This document shows, piece by piece, positions 1 to 14,628 of a stretch of 64,000 nucleotides of DNA. Made by a program: the position numbers and the translations under genes. Within the stretch, counting starts at the first letter, position 1; every line of letters begins with the position of its first letter. The notes below the pieces were generated by a model that worked only from the letters and a program-made list of their open reading frames with translations, was not told where the DNA came from and ran no database searches. Origin of the DNA: the human T2T-CHM13v2.0 reference genome, Homo sapiens; assembly GCF_009914755.1 (NCBI RefSeq), contig NC_060927.1. The stretch is one strand, 5' to 3'.

Positions 1-1627
1 TGTTGCTGCACGAGAAGAGACCTTGGCTGGAATCTGAGTGGTGGCAGTGGAAGTGGAGACTAATCACGGGTATGGGGGCTGGAGCTGCTGGCTGAAAGGA
101 CTGTGAAGAATGAGAGAAAAGCAAGTTGCCAATCATGACTCCCAGGTTTCCAGGCAAGCTCCACATTTAGAAGTGAGAGGCAGGAAGGCAAGAGGTCTCT
201 CCTGGATATTTAAGTTGGAGATGCCTTGTGGGACATCCGAATGGAACTATCCGCGTGGCAGTGAGATATAGGAGTCTCAGGTCGATATTATCAGCCTGGC
301 AATATTCAAAGCCCGAGGACTGGATGAGACTCAAGGAGAGTGTGTAGTTGGGGAAAAGAAGGAGCCCAGGACTGAGTCAGTAACTTCTCAGAGATGTGCA
401 ATCATGACCAGAAGTAAATCCCCAACTGGTGGAAAGTCAAGCTCTCTGATGATTTGTAGTGTATGTTTTTACTATTAAATAATCCCTCAGTGGTCAGAGA
501 AACTATCCAGAGAAATTATTTTCTTTCAGGTCTTTCAGTTTCTCTCTGCCTACCTCTCCTAGTTCTGGTATCACCTAACCCTTAGGGATCCTCCTACAGG
601 GAAAGAGGGGGAAATGTGGGTAAGGTTTTTCATGCTCTGTGACCATGTAGGCTGTCACCTTAAGTGGTTCTTTGATCAAGGGAAACCCATCAGGTCTCAG
701 TCAATCCAAGAGATGATATGTTTGCTTTGGAAAAGAAAGCGATCTAACATTTAAAATCTCTCCAACTGGAAAATGAAATGGAATATTTCCAGGCTTCCAA
801 GCATGCATATGCCCAGAAATACCCTACTAATGCTGCACTTTCCTCTACTCTGAAGAAATTAGATAGACTTATTTCCCAGGATTACGTTTAGTTTGAGACA
901 CTGCATCTGTAAAGGCTCAGTTCATGCTATATTGTGAATGACCATAAAAAAGGCAGGAGGCCCTGTAAATTAGGGTTACAGGTTTTGTATTGGCATAGGA
1001 AACCCAAATTCTACATTTAAGCCACCGCCTCCTCATGGCCAAATAACAACAGACTGAAATATGTGTTAAATAATGGATAAAGCTTGCTCTTCTGTAAAGA
1101 TTGATTTTAAGGACAAGAACTAGAGGATGCTATGAATTCAGTGGGAAAAGACACTGTTTAATCTTTTCTGAAAAATATCTGATGAGACAAACACACGTTA
1201 TTTTCTGATTATGCCTCCTCTCCGTCTGACATTTTGTGCCTGATTTATGTAAAGAAGTGTTTCAATGCACTGTTTGTGATTTCAGTGAATTGAGGCAAAA
1301 ACTCTTTTTCCTAGAATGTCAAGATTCATAGATTTTTGGGTCAGAAAGAGCTTTTGAGAGAATTCAGGCCATCTCTCTTATTTTCTGAAAATGAAAAGAG
1401 AGAGATAAAGGACCTGGCCAAAATTAACACTGTGATTAGAGAGATAGGCCTGCCATCCAGAACTCATGCATGATTGACAACACTGCTTTTCCCACAATTT
1501 GAATTCAAACCCATAGAAAACTGCTACTGAAACAATGAAGTAGAATTTCAGTTTTTTGGTTAACTGTTCATTTTTTACAAGGTTGAACTTTATTCTAAAA
1601 AAACTAATCGTATTAAAAATGTTGGGG

Positions 1628-1765
1628 GTCCAGAAACAGTAGCTTATGCCTGTAATGCCAGCACTTTGGGAGGCTAAGATATGAGGGTTGCTTTAGGCCA
1701 GGAGTTCAAGACCAGCCTTGGCAACTTAAAGAAACCTTGTCTCTACAAAAATAATAATAATAAAA
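1628..1765 (+). mobile_element. Alu left-arm monomer (FLAM/AluJ-like fragment)
   Basis: GCCTGTAATGCCAGCACTTTGGGAGGCT...AGGAGTTCAAGACCAGCC...TCTCTACAAAA followed by an A-rich run. Confidence 0.8.
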
Positions 1766-2561
1766 ATTTTTTGGAACATAAGAAAAAGAAAAAAATCACA
1801 TGCATGCAATCACTGTTAGCATTTTAATGTATTTCCTTCTAGATTTTCTTTTCTGGGCATATTTAAACATGATGATTATTTAGTGTATACTTAATTTCAT
1901 GTTTTCCGTTAATATAAGCATTTCTAATGGATGCAGAATGTTCTTGCAAATGAATATGCTATAATTTATTGAATCTTTCTGTGGTTGTTGGGCATTTAGG
2001 ATGATTCCAATTATTTGCTATTATACATAACAATGTTGTATGATATATAAACATCTTATGACATATAGCTTTTTCGATAGATTATACCCTTAATATGGAA
2101 CTTCAGAAATAGAATTAGAGAGTCATGGATTTTACTACTAAAATTGCCACAGAGTCAGCCCAGTTCAATATATCTTCTGCCAAAGCAAGCACTACAACAT
2201 TAAATATTAACATTAAAAATATGTGCCAGTTTCCTCATTGAAAATGGCACTTGTTTGAGTTCTTGTTTCTTTTAGGGCTGAGTTCACTCTTTCTACCTTA
2301 ACCATTTTAGCTTTTTAAATTGCTTATCATTCCCTGAACACAACAGCCTAGTCCATAGATCTTGTTTACAGTTCTCTCTTGCTAAAATTGGAACCCTTTG
2401 TGGATGAGGTTTGTGTTCTACTAATCTACATATTTTCAGGATCTTGTGTGGTACTTGGCACAGAGTGGGTGCTTAATAAGTATTTAACAAATGAATGAAT
2501 AAATGAACGAGTAAATAAAGTTGAACATTCCCCCCATGTTTGTTTAGTAACTGTGATTTCT

Positions 2562-2872
2562 TTCTTTATTTTATTTTATTTTTTTCAAGACAGAGTCTCA
2601 CTCTGTCGCCCAGGCCAGGCTGGAGTGCAGCAGCGCAATCTCGGCTCACTGCAACCTCTGCCTCCTGGATTCAAGTGATTCTCTTGTGTCAGCCTCCTGA
2701 GTAGCTGGGATTACAGGTGTGCACCACCACTCCTGGCTAATTTTTGTATTTTTAGCAGAGACAGCGTTTCACCGTGTTGGCCAGGCTGGTCTCAAACATC
2801 TGACCTCAGGTGATCCGTGCGCCTCAGCCTCCCAAAGCGCTGGGATTACAGGCATGAGCCACCACGCTGGGC
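2562..2872 (-). mobile_element. Alu SINE (AluSx-like), full length
   Basis: T-rich tail followed by reverse-complement dimeric Alu; perfect 16-bp TSD AGTAACTGTGATTTCT at 2546-2561 and 2873-2888. Confidence 0.95.
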
Positions 2873-4003
2873 AGTAACTGTGATTTCTGGATGCATCATT
2901 TGGTTTATGTCCTTTGTCCATCTACTTGTTGGTATCAGATTTTTATTAGTTTTTATTAGTGTTTGAAAATAAGAGGATATTTACACTTCACTTGTCACAT
3001 TTGGGTTAATAATTCTTTCTAGTCTATGGTTTGCTTATTATTTTCTGTGGGTCTGATATTAAAGGGGAAAAATAAAGGGCAGAAGTTAGGCTAATAAAAG
3101 TGTCATCTAGTGCATTTTCTCTACCTCAGAAGGTGGGGAACAATGAAAGTGCTCGTGCAGAGAGAAATGAGTTCTGTGAAAATTAGACAATTTGGTTACT
3201 CTATTTAAACAGACCACATGGGGTTGTTCATGTGAAAACAAATGTGTTGACCACATTTCAGGCCCTCTGAAGCTGAAAATGTCAACCAACCCCTGTGTGC
3301 AGAGAAAAAGAAATTCCACTCATCCGTACAGAGAGGTTGGTTTCAATTAAAAACCACACCGAGTGTGGCTGAGTAATTTCTTAATGTATTCCATTTGTAA
3401 ATGAGAAGTGAAAAACACTCATTAGTAATTCTTGAATCCTTGGTGAATCAGCAATGTCCGCAGAAAACAAACATATACCACTCTGCTTACATTGAAAGGA
3501 GAACAAAGACACACCTTTTTTTCCTTTGTCTTTCAGAAATGCTTTTCATGTTTTAAAAAAATATATAAAAAATGGTATCATCACGTTGTCCCTCTGGGTC
3601 TGTTGTTGCATTTGCAAATTTTAATACTTTTCTGGTTAATATTTTATAAAGTGGATGCACTCATAAAATAGAAGTTGTCAGGAGCCTTCGGGATAATATC
3701 AGCCCCCTCTGGTCACCTAGGGTGAAAGCTGAAGCCACATGGCTGGAAATAAAGAAGTTCCATTTCCCAAAATTTGGGGACTTATTCTCTGGCAGGAGAT
3801 TCACAGGCAAAAAGCCAAAACCAAAGCCCCCAAACAACCATTTTCCCTGCTGGAAAAAAGCTTCTCGAGGCTAGGGATTCATAATGGACACATCAACGTG
3901 CCCCCAGAACAGGTCCAGCACCGAGGAGGTGGTTCTGAACACACGTTAGAAAGAATAAACCACTGGGGCAGCCCGGTCATGAACTGTGAGCTGGATATTT
4001 CCC

Positions 4004-4432
4004 ATGTGTGCCCCTAGATCCACTCTCCACCCTCAACCTGCTGCTCTCTGCCCTAGGCTGACCCCATAGGCCACTTCAATGGGATACCTTGACCTCTGGC
4101 TTATCAGGTAACTTCAGCCTATGAGGCGCCCCAGAGGAGTTTGGAGGGAAGAAGCAGATGAGGCTGGGGTGTTTATTCTTTTGACTTCTCCCCTGTGGAA
4201 TGGCCTCCAGTGGGGCTTTCTGGAGGTCACAGCTCCACACCTCCTGCCAAGTAGACCCTCTCCTAGTGATCCTCCCTTACCTGGTTCTTGTAACACTCTG
4301 ACCTTCATCCTAGGAGTACTGTGCTATCCCATACTCTGCCTACACCTTCATAAATGTCCCTTTATTATGCTGTCCTTGAATTGCCCTAATTTCAATGTGC
4401 CATCTATTTTTTTTCTGGGACATGACCAATAC
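4004..4432. mobile_element. Old ERVL-type solo LTR (LTR33-like)
   Basis: Starts TGTGTGCCCCTAGATCCACTCTCCACCCT...GGCTGACC and ends ...GACCAATACA, resembling the remembered LTR33 consensus; about 430 bp. Confidence 0.5.
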
Positions 4433-4626
4433 AGACATTGATAGACATATTCATGTTGGTTTAATGGCTGCGTCCTAAAATTCAACCTGCAATCTGCTCA
4501 ACAAGCTGTGTACCCCAGAGGTTGAGGTGCCTTTTCCTAATGCTTACCCAGGAGAGATTAGGCTGGTGCCCTTGGGCTGAATGTATGTATATGAGCCTCA
4601 ACTTTAAACTAAGTTGAAAAGAACTA

Positions 4627-4965
<339 letters not shown>

Positions 4966-6976
4966 TCATTTTCTCTTCTTTGCCCCTTCTGTGAGTTGTG
5001 GCTTTTGCTTGCAGCCTGAGCAAGTCATCTCTATCCAAGCTGCAGCCACAGAAGCAGAAACAAAGGGGACTCCAATTGGTCTCCAAGGACTGACTACTTT
5101 GGCTGATCCTACAGAAGCAGAAAGACCACAAACCAAAGACAACAGTCCCTCTGGTCATTTGGTGATTTGTGGCTGTTTTTACCTGTTCTTTTGGTTGTGT
5201 TTTCATGCAGATCTGCCCTCTTCAACTCACTGGAGCGTTGTGTGATACAGGACCAGCTGCATGTCTGCAGAACCTGTTTTCATTTCTGTCTTTAGCATAG
5301 ATGATAGAAATGACTCTAAAGGACAAAGTATACCTCAATGCAATAAAACCATCTGCCCTATCTAATTTCCCCTCCCTTCAGGGATGTGAGACCCAGTCTT
5401 GTGGGGTGTGTTTAGAGTCTCAGCTTCTTTATTGTTCAAATTTCCTTGCCAACCATTGCTGGTGATTTTAACTGACTTCACAACTTCTGCCTCAGTACTC
5501 GGAATGCTCTCCAGTAAAGATACAGCAAATTGCACATGGAAAAGCAATGTGTCACTCCGTTCAATGTTTCTGTCTTCAATGACTGAGGGTGTGTTGCATA
5601 TGGTGAATAAAGGAGACATTCATCTTTCCTCATCCACATAAAGGAATTGGCAGTTAACTGGGTTACTAGACCAGGCTAAGGCCTCTAAATCTGACTTGAT
5701 TGTTCAGTTCACATATTGCTTCCCATTTTTCTCTTCCCTGTGCATTCAGAAACCCATCTAATCCTGACTATTAAGCTCTTTGTACAGCGTGAGCTTTCCC
5801 CTATAATGCTAAACTCAAGCTGATTTTAGATGAGAATCCAACAGATCCTTTCAAGCAGCACTCAATTCAGTGAAATCTCCATCTGCAGACAGTCCTTGCT
5901 GCTGAAAGAGACTGGCTAGATTTGAGCAGCAATAATTACTTTCAAACGAATTTCCCATCTCCAGGTGTTTGCATCTCACTAATTATTTTCAAGGTAAATT
6001 GATTTTGCTTGGCAGTATCTTCCACTTCCACCTTGCAATAAGCAATTTAACATGAAATTGCTGACCTATAATTGTTCTACCCAACCATGAATTCCTAATC
6101 CTTCTGCAATTTATAGTTATGTAGTCTTTGAGCTGCAACTGAGTTTTCCACCAGCGTAATAATCACTTCCTTTATTTTTACCTATAACAAGCAGCTGGAT
6201 TAGTGTAGTGCATGGGAGAGCTTCAGCTAGTCACTGAAAATTACAGAATATCAATAGCTATTGACGTGGGTGGCAACATATTACAAAATGGAACTGTAGA
6301 TCATTTGGGGAAAATATTTTGATGAAATTCACCCCTCTGGGTGATGTGCTGAATCTTAAACCAGAAAGAAAGAACATCAAACCAAACAAAAAAGGTTATT
6401 TTTTTCCTTTGAATGGACAGATAGCAACATCTTTAAATGCTAAATAAAGTAGCCCTGAGCTTCTGAGGGTGCCCCTCAGGGACTATTGTCTGAACTGTCA
6501 ATCAAGTCTCTTGGATTTCTGCCCTCAATGCTTCTTTCCTTTTCCAGCTTTCCTTCAAATGTTCAGCAGTGATAAATAGAGAGTTGTTTGTCTTTTATTT
6601 CAAATGCCTTCCTTATAATATCAGAGCTATGTTAGCATCATTTACAAATCAATCTAGCAGGATGGCTTAATGTCATCACAATTTTATGGCAGCCAGTGAT
6701 ATCCAAACTATCTCTAGAGTCTTGATTTATTTCTGTTTGGCTCTAAATTAGGTTATTTCTCCTCCAAAGGTTACCAAGTGCTTTAGAAACTGATGCCCTG
6801 ATGCCCCTTACTCCCACACGTGAGAGAAATGCCTCCAGGGTCAGGATGAAGAGCTCACCACCCAGCAGGAGAGAAGATGAGCAAGTTAAGCAGTGCCCAG
6901 CCTTTAAGAAGTGTCTCCCACAGTGAGGTTGGAGTTCTGAGGAAGGAGAGGGGAGAGCTGACTTTGGCTAGACTCC

Positions 6977-7365
6977 AGCAGTTCTCAACCAGAGGCAATT
7001 TTGTCCTCCAGGGGACATTTGCCAATGTCTGGAGACATTTTTGGTTCGCACAACTTCAGGGAGGGAGTGCTAGGCACAAAATGAGGGAGGCCACACACTG
7101 GGGATGGCGGACAGATGTTTAATTTCCTCCCTCGCCAGCTCTTCCTCATCTCCATATGTGCAAATGTTCCCATCATCCAAGGTCTGGGTCATGCACATCC
7201 TCTCCACACCCTCCTCTTCCATTGCCAACCTCCCATCCTGTCTGTGTAGCCCAGTGTTTCTCAGCTGGGCACCACTGACATTTTGGGCTGGCTAAGTCTC
7301 GGTTGTAGGTGCTAGGGGGGGATCCTCTGCATCGCAGGATGTTTACAGCTCTCCTGACCTCTGTA
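6977..7365. mobile_element. MER20 (hAT-Charlie) fragments in opposite orientations (about 6977-7075 and 7250-7365)
   Basis: CAGTTCTCAACCAGAGGCAATTTTGTCCTCCAGGGGACATTTGCCAATGTCTGGAGACATTTTTGGTT and CAGTGTTTCTCAGCTGGGCACCACTGACATTTTGGGCTGG match the two MER20 ends. Confidence 0.6.
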
Positions 7366-8019
7366 AGCCACTCCTCATTTTGAACCCCACTTTCCTCATC
7401 TGTTAAGTGAGTTCATCATTCAGACAGCAAATATCTATTGAAACTCTACTTTGTCCTAGGAGCTGTCTTAGGCATTGGGGACACCAGAGTGAACAAGAAA
7501 ATGTCTCCACTTATAGTGAGTTTACACTCTGCTGGGGGTTACAAATAATAAACACACAAGGAAATGAAAAATTAATATCTTATTAGACGGAGAAAAGAGC
7601 TATGAACAACAATAAAGCAAGTTTCAGATGGAGAGTCTCAGAACCTACTCTTTTAGCCAGGAACACCAGGGAGGGCCATTCTGAGAAGGTGACATTTTAG
7701 TACTCCGAAATGGAACAAGCCATGGAACAGCTTTCTTCAGTTCCAAAGTTCCTTTTTTCTGCCTCTGTTCACATAATTGCTCAGCTTGCACTTACCGCCT
7801 TCTTTGTCACTTGTTTTGCCTGACTTCGGCCTCCCCACAAGGGGCCCAGCTTTGATTCTCTGCTCTTTCTTGACCTCTGGTCCCTTGAATTCTTTGGCTG
7901 GAGCACCTTCCCAATAGGCATTCCCAGTCTTCACTGTGATCTCCATCTAGCTGCTAGCCCTGAGTCCACAGGCCCTGTTTGCAATTATGGGGCAGCCAAT
8001 GTATTTTTTGGGCCCACTG

Positions 8020-8057
8020 ATTAATAGACTGTTAGTGATGAGAACTGTGTATAGTTT

Positions 8058-8089
<32 letters not shown>

Positions 8090-8742
8090 TTTTTCTTGAT
8101 GCTGTAACGTATGAATGGCAAATACTAGGAACAGTTGCCATCAGTCAATTCTCTTTCTCATAACTATGTCAGATCAGATACTCATAATTGATGATCATGA
8201 CTGTCCTACCATCCAATAGTAATTGCCATGGAAGATGAAACCCTGGCTCAAAGGTGCCATGTATTGCCTTAAAAAGTAGCTTGAAATAGATATATGCTGC
8301 CAGAGCAGTTTACCAGGAATGGAGAAACTTTCCATCTGCAGTCAGAGGGCCAGGCCTCAGCTTCGCTGCCATAAGAAAATTGGAAATTTCTCTCCTACCA
8401 CATATAGTTTTAATTACCAAGTTAATTACTAAGAAATTTGCACACCATTCTGTAGTAAAAACAGGAAGTCATCATAGTTTACCGATGGCTAAGTAACATG
8501 AGTAGAGCTGTTTTTCGGGAAGATCGATCTTGCAACCACATGTAGGATGAATGGCTGGGGTGTGGCAAAGAGAACACCTTAGATAAGGTGTGCAGACTTG
8601 GAGAGGGCTCCAGGGTAGGAGGTCCCAGACTGCCTCTCTCTGGTCTTGGAACAGGCAAGCTGTGGGACTGAGCAAAAGTTTTTATATTCCAAAGGACTCT
8701 GAATTTGGCTGTCTTTGCACAAGTCCAAGGCCCACAACATTG
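8020..8742 (+). repeat. Copy 1 of a local ~720-bp direct duplication (includes a (CA)n tract)
   Basis: Collinear with 10358-11081 from ATTAATAGACTGTTAGTGATGAG to AAGTCCAAGGCCCAYAACATTG. Confidence 0.95.
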
Positions 8743-10357
8743 GAAGAAGCAGGGCTTCCTTGGAGACCAAATTGATCACCACACAGCATATGCAGCAGTC
8801 TGAATGGAAATGTGCCTGCTACCAGGAATTAATTACCATCTAATTTGCATAACCTGTTGATTAATTGTGCTCATGGCCAAAAGTCCAAGCCAAAGCTCCT
8901 CACCTGAGAGCTGATGATGCTTTTCCACTTGCTTTGGGAAAACACAAGTCCAAGGTTAGAAGTGCTTTACTAAGCCCAGACCACCCAAGTCAGTGCAACA
9001 AGGGAAGAGGTCAGGAAGTTTCTCACCCTCCATCCTCCATCTCCCACCCCAGGCTTCCACTCTGAGAAGATGTCCAGAATGTGGCCGACCATTGGAGTGC
9101 AAACTGTTATTTATTTATGAGGCTGACAGGACATTTCAACTAAACACCAATTTACCAAGTATTTTGGTATAAAAAGGAAATATATTTACTATAGATAATT
9201 AAAGATTCTAAAATCCAATAGCACTCCATGGAGTACACTAATTATAATCAAAACAATTTGTAATGAAGGAAAGGGAAATGAATAAGCACAAATCTGTCAT
9301 ATATTGGAGCCTCAGGAGTAACTTCATTGCTATTAACTGACAGACAACACTCGAAGCCAAACGTAGCAGATGTCTGCCTAGAGAAATAAGGGACTTGGAG
9401 ATGCTGTGTTGGCAAGCTGGTGTCTTATCCCTCTGCTAAATTAGATTTGGGCCTTCTCCTAAAGACCTAAGGTCCTGGCCTGACTTCAGAAAAGATGACT
9501 ATCAGCAAGCTGGCCCCTGGTCTACAGAGGAGTGTAACTGTCGCCTGATCTCAGATTAGTGACTATAATTTCCTCCTGTTTTCACAAGAAAGGCTTCAGT
9601 TTTAATGGGGTGAAATTCGGAAATGCCTGGGTATTTACTGGACACTAAGCTCTATGGAAAATGAAGCCACTTGGAGTACCATGATGGCCCAGGCTGGATT
9701 CACTGTGGGCCACATCCAAGCAGTCGGTCTGAACTGGAAAGAAGTTTAAAGATTTTCCTGGGGAAAGTGGCTCAGCCTAGATAACATGAGTGGTTGATGG
9801 AGGCAGATAAGAGTTTTCCCAGAACCAACTGGTCTTCCGAGGTTGGGTTACAGCATGCAGAACCCAACAATGCTGGTACATTCTCCCAGAACCAGTGTTG
9901 GACCAGGTACTAATGATTTAAGTCTCAACAGAGGCTTGAAAACGATGGGGCAAGATTGAGTTTTGTTGTAGGAGATAGTGAAACCCAGAATGTGGGAATG
10001 TTGTGGGGTGACAGAGTTAATTTTACAGCTAAGATCATGCTTGTGCCATGCTTGAACATCCTGAGATGTCACCCTCTCCATTCATTTCAGAATTACTCTG
10101 CATTGTATTACCAGCCAATGCTTCCTGCTCCTTCTCATTTATTCATGAATAAATTTCACCACAGGAGATTCCAAAGACAATATTTATTAGAAAAATTTTT
10201 ATTATCAGAAGCTGATATAATAGTCACAGGGATGAGACTTAGACATGGATTCCCTGACCATGGCCCAGTGATGGGGCCTCCTTCTCTCTTTCCCACCCTG
10301 CTGTAACAGAGACAACTACTTTACCAGGACCTATGTGTTGCTGTTGGCAATGACTAC

Positions 10358-11081
10358 ATTAATAGACTGTTAGTGATGAGGAGAACACAGTATAGTTTGT
10401 GATTATGTACACACACACACACGCACACTTTTTCTTCTTGATTCTATAATGTATGAATGGCAAATACTAGGAACAGTTGCCATCAATCAATTCCCTTTCT
10501 CAAAACTGTGTCAGATCAGATATTCATAATTAATGATCATGACTGTCCTACCATCCAATAGTAATTGCCATGGAGGATGAAACCCTGCCTCAAAGGTGCC
10601 ATGTATTGCCTTAAGAAGTAGCTTGAAATAGATATATGCTGCCAGAGCAGTTTACCAGGAATGGAGAAATCTCCCAACTGCAGTCAGAGGGCCAGGCCTC
10701 AGCTTCACTGCCATAAGAAAATTGGAAAATTTTCCCCTATTACACCTAGTTTTAAGTAAGTTAATTACTAAGAAACTAGCCCATCATTCTGTAGTAAAAA
10801 CAGGAAGTCATCATAGTTTTTTGATGGGTAAGTAATGTTATTAGAGCTGTTTTTCAGTAAGATTGATCTTGCAACTACATGGAGGATGAATGGCTGAGGT
10901 GCGGCAGAGAGAATACCTTACATAAGGTGTGCCGACTTGGAGAGGGCTCCAGGGTAGGAGGTCCCAGACTGCCTCTCTCTGGTCTTGGACCAGGCAAGCT
11001 GTGGGACTGAGCAAAAGTTTTTATATTCCAAAGGACTCTGAATTTGGCTGTCTTTGCACAAGTCCAAGGCCCATAACATTG
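10358..11081 (+). repeat. Copy 2 of a local ~720-bp direct duplication
   Basis: Collinear with 8020-8742; about 1.6 kb of unrelated spacer lies between the copies. Confidence 0.95.
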
Positions 11082-12713
11082 TGAGCTCCCCTTATCCTAC
11101 ACACATGGCCCACCTGTACGGGGCTTACACCTGTGCTGAGACCACACCCCTGCCTTCCCTCCACAGCTGCAGCACCAGCCAACCAGAGCAGAAGGGTCTA
11201 GGAGACCACAGCTACCCCTTTGTGCCTGGCTGATTTTAGTGAAAGATGCTTTGTGTGTTCATTGAGGCATCACTGTGTCATCTCTGCACAAAGAGGTTTC
11301 CTATGTCAGATGAACCCTTTCTTTGATGCCTTCCCCTCCCCTTTCTGACAATGCATTGACTGAGGCAAGCCATTTGAAACATCCTCCAGGGAGACAATGT
11401 GCCTTGGAGCCTGTGACCCAGTTATGGCTGGGGGTTGGGGACCCAGACCCTTGGAAGCCAGGCCACAGTGAGACCTCAGGATGGTCCCACAGCACCTCTA
11501 GGGTTCCCCTTGTACTCATCAGGCTCCTTGCTTAGACATGACTTTTGACTGCAAAACGGAGCTGGCCTATCGGCAGAGAGAGTTTGAAGCTTCTCATGGT
11601 GTTTACATTAGTTTGTCTAAACAGACCCAGAAAGAAAATTGCTTCTGTGCTTAACAAATGAGAAAAAGAAAGACAACAAAGGAGAGTTGATTCCCAAAGA
11701 ATGTAAGATAGAGTCCCAGCAATGGAGCCTGAGCTTCAGCTGTTAGGAAAGCTAGCTCCATTCCTTATCACAAGAGGGTGGAGACAGCCCAGAGCCTGAC
11801 TCCCCAAGACCTTTCTCTTCTCCTGTCTCCAAAATGGTCTGAGCTGACAAGGGAGAGTACGTAAAATGGTGTTCTGGCAGACAAGTTCTCTTAACTGTAA
11901 GGGGCATGTTTAGAAAATGGAAAAGAGACAATGGCTGACTCAATAGGACCTCTGCCCAGGGCCACAGTGGCACCAGCCCAAGGCTGTGTCCAGTCAACAC
12001 CCCAGAAAGTTCTGTCAGACCTCTGGTGGAGAAACAAAGTGTCATGTCACACAAAAGGTGTCACTCTCTCAGGAGGCTGGAAAAATGAATGTGCAGATTT
12101 CTTGGGGGAGGCTGTGGTGTTGTTGAACTCATGCACATGGCAGAGCACAGCTGCCCAGAGAGGCTTATTCTGTGGAATTTGAGTTGAGGTGGATGCCGAC
12201 TGGATAGCTCATGGCCCTCTACAGAGCTTGTGGCTGCACTCAGCCACCTCCTTCCTGGACTAACTCTCTTGCTATTGCTGCTTAGCAAATGAATCTTGGC
12301 TACAAGCGCATGTTGAGCTGGAGCCATCTTGAGTCTGCAAGGGCACTCGGGCTGCAAATTCACATTCTCTCCTACAGGCTCCTGCTCCCGCCCACTCTCC
12401 TTCCATTCCTGCTTCCCATTCCCTCTTCCCCCTGTCTTCTGTCTTCACCTTAACAGTATTCTACTCCCCTCCCCCATTTTCCCCTCCTCTTCTGAATTGA
12501 CCACTTCCCTCTTTCTAGAACTTAACAAGTATTTTGGAAAGCATTTTTTTTTGTATGTGCATGCCAAGAATAAGGAGGACCGGGACCCAGGAGCAGCTCT
12601 GTCATTTAGCCAGCTGAATCACCTTGGACAAGCCACCTGGACCCCAGTCTGCCACATGGTCTATATGTTTACTTAAGCTTTTGAATGAGTAATAATATGG
12701 CACCAACAGTTAG

Positions 12714-13010
<297 letters not shown>

Positions 13011-13104
13011 AGTTAAAAGTTTTATAGTGAAAATTCTGCCTCGCATCCCCAGCCATGCAGTTCCCCTCTCTATAGGCAAACAAGATGAAAGTCATACCTG
13101 TTAT

Positions 13105-13109
<5 letters not shown>

Positions 13110-13147
<38 letters not shown>
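13110..13147. repeat. (CA)n microsatellite
   Basis: About 18 AC units read directly. Confidence 0.95.
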
Positions 13148-13152
<5 letters not shown>

Positions 13153-14628
13153 TCTTAGCCTTTTTCTCCATTTTCACACAAACAGTAGCATACCATAGGC
13201 ACAGCTTAGCACCTTGGGTTCTTCATCTAAGGTATCTCAGAGATCTTTCCATATCAGCACATGGAGAGCTACCTCAGTCTTCCTTACAGGTGCTTAGCAT
13301 TCCATTGAACATCAGTCCTCTCCTGATGGTTACTGAAGCTGCTTCCAGTGTTGTACTCTGCTGCCGTGTTGCAGTGAATAACCTTGCTTATACATCATTG
13401 TGCCTGTGTGTGAGCAGATCTGTGGCATAAAGTCCACAAAGCAGAATTTCCAGGTCAGACAGAATGAAAGAGACAGCATAGATGAGCACATACTAATTTG
13501 ATGTGCAACCTCAGAGAAGGTACTTGACATTTCTGGGCCTCATTTTCTTCTTTGTAAAGGAGAGGGGTTGCCCTGAACGACCTGCAGTTTCTTTCCACCT
13601 TGGAAGTCCCTGGGATTCAGAACCTCCCGCCTGTGAGGAGTTTGGCAAAGATCATTGGTCTGGCCCTTGTGATCTGCCCATGAACACAGTGTATCTGTGT
13701 CCAGGCCACCACAGCCAGCTGGGAGCCAAAATTTATTCTGTACACAGCCAACAGAGCAGAACTTGAAGAGCCAAGTCCAAGGGCCAGGCCTGACCTCATT
13801 TGTCCTTAAGTGGCATCTCTTCTGTTTTGACCTCTTTAAAGGTAGCTGCTTTTGCAGGCTTTGTGGAAATCAGAGGGAGCATGGAGGTATTTTGCTTCAA
13901 TTTACAGAACTGAGGAAAATGAGTGAGCTAAATATACTTAAGATGAGTGGAGTGAAGCATTAGCCAGAATGCTGGAGGTACAAAGACTTAAATTAATAGG
14001 AAACTTACCAGGAGATTATTCAACAATGCAATCAACCAACCATGCAGGTTTTGTTTGTGCGTTGACTAAAAACAAGCCTGCTTGATGGTTTTGCCCTCTA
14101 TGAATGTTGAGATTATGTGCTAGTAGGCTAAGTTTTAAGATAACCAGAGCCAACATAAGGACTTTCTGCATGCACTCTGATGCTCACTGTTATCATTGAT
14201 CAGATTTGGGAATCATAGAATGTTTGGCTTGAAAGAGGCTGTAGGGATCACTAAAGCAAGCCTCTTGCTTGTGTACAGATTAGGAGATGGAAACCAGAAG
14301 TGGGGAAGTGCACCAGGGCTGTCGTAAGTGCAAGGGAAAGGGCCCTGTAAACAGACCCAGCTCCCAGGGTGGGTGGGGTGGCAGGACGTGCATTAAGCAG
14401 GTGGAAGAAGGCATCTAGAGGACACTGCAACAGGCGTGCACTCCCCAGTGACACAGCTGGTATGCATGAGGGGCCCAGCAGTGCATAGAAGGTGGAATTG
14501 TAAGCCTGGGAGCAGGCAGGATTCAGAAATCAGGCAAAAGCTTAAGAAACCTCTAATAAAGGGAGAAGGATTAATGAGGGCTCCAATCTTAGAAGGCCCA
14601 TGTGTCTCTGGTCAGGTTGCTGAGACTC

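Noticed and set aside
8020-11081. Two direct repeats plus 1.6-kb spacer as a MaLR-like LTR element
   Set aside because: No TG...CA termini, PBS, PPT or TSD visible, and the repeats contain (CA)n tracts; a local duplication fits better
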